DNA of 63,981 nucleotides, the filler included, from Bigelowiella natans CCMP2755 (Eukaryota > Protista > Cercozoa), in the NCBI GenBank assembly GCA_000320545.1. It is 5 parts of 5 records of this genome, joined end to end, with 100 filler letters (N's around TTAATTAATTAA, not from the genome) between each part and the next. Parts side by side here need not be neighbours in the genome. Positions count along the whole stretch, not along the records: positions 52,926 to 63,981 come from ADNK01000285.1; 4 more parts are not named here. One strand, given 5' to 3'. This document shows positions 63,911 through 63,981 of the stretch, piece after piece. Numbering within the stretch: position 1 is the stretch's first letter; each line of letters opens with the position of its first letter. Under the pieces are notes generated by a model. The model made no database searches and was not told the origin of the DNA. It saw only the letters and a program-made list of their open reading frames with translations. Position numbers and translations under genes: made by a program.

Positions 63911-63981
63911 ATGCATGCAAGGGGAGCAGGGATAGAAGGGAGGAGGTGTAAGTTGTCCAATGCATTTGCGTCTATCTTTCT
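57289..63981 (+). CDS. ANKIB1: Ankyrin repeat and IBR domain RBR E3 ubiquitin ligase (ANKIB1-like), 3' end outside window
   Basis: Start MGASASSKFLAAIKNGDETSAIQLY resembles the ANKIB1 N-terminus (myristoylation motif). Ankyrins (STPLHHIC, ETLLHLCARND, GNTP), RING1 (CKHIQCVDCW..VKCGGAGC), IBR (IKWCPSPDC..FCFECGGYPHDPATC) and RING2 start (WLSRNTKACPKCKCKIQKNEG). Confidence 0.85.

Overview
Eukaryotic (protist-type) nuclear DNA from a fragmented draft assembly. Five contigs (1-4330, 4431-19872, 19973-49301, 49402-52825, 52926-63981) are joined by artificial 100-nt N/TTAATTAATTAA/N linkers. Host genes are intron-rich, with microsatellite-filled introns: a Cys-less pentameric ligand-gated ion channel, dynein light intermediate chain next to a (CCCTAA)n telomere, a Gly-rich secreted protein, a SET-domain methyltransferase, a PI3-kinase, a saposin-domain protein, a putative glycoside hydrolase and an ANKIB1-like RBR ligase. 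The style would fit a chlorarachniophyte-like alga, but that is inference only. Two features stand out. (1) The SET gene is split mid-exon by a ~21.1-kb composite insertion (~25564-46680). It carries an intronless YEATS-amidoligase fusion, LINE remnants, a near-complete polycystin-1/REJ-GPS receptor with two 8-repeat propeller exons, and a compact virus-like block (RPB2 fragment with intron, F-box-like ORF, SRF/MADS-like ORF). (2) Sharply bounded domains, at the subtelomere (~4491-5670) and in the repeat/LINE zone (~26980-30380), are almost free of TpA. Paired repeat copies differ by TA>TG or TA>CA, survivors sit mostly in CTAG, and the effect spreads into the adjacent gene as Tyr>His/Cys. This looks like a repeat-targeted, TpA-specific A:T>G:C hypermutation system, opposite in direction to fungal RIP. 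All counts and exon models were made by eye.
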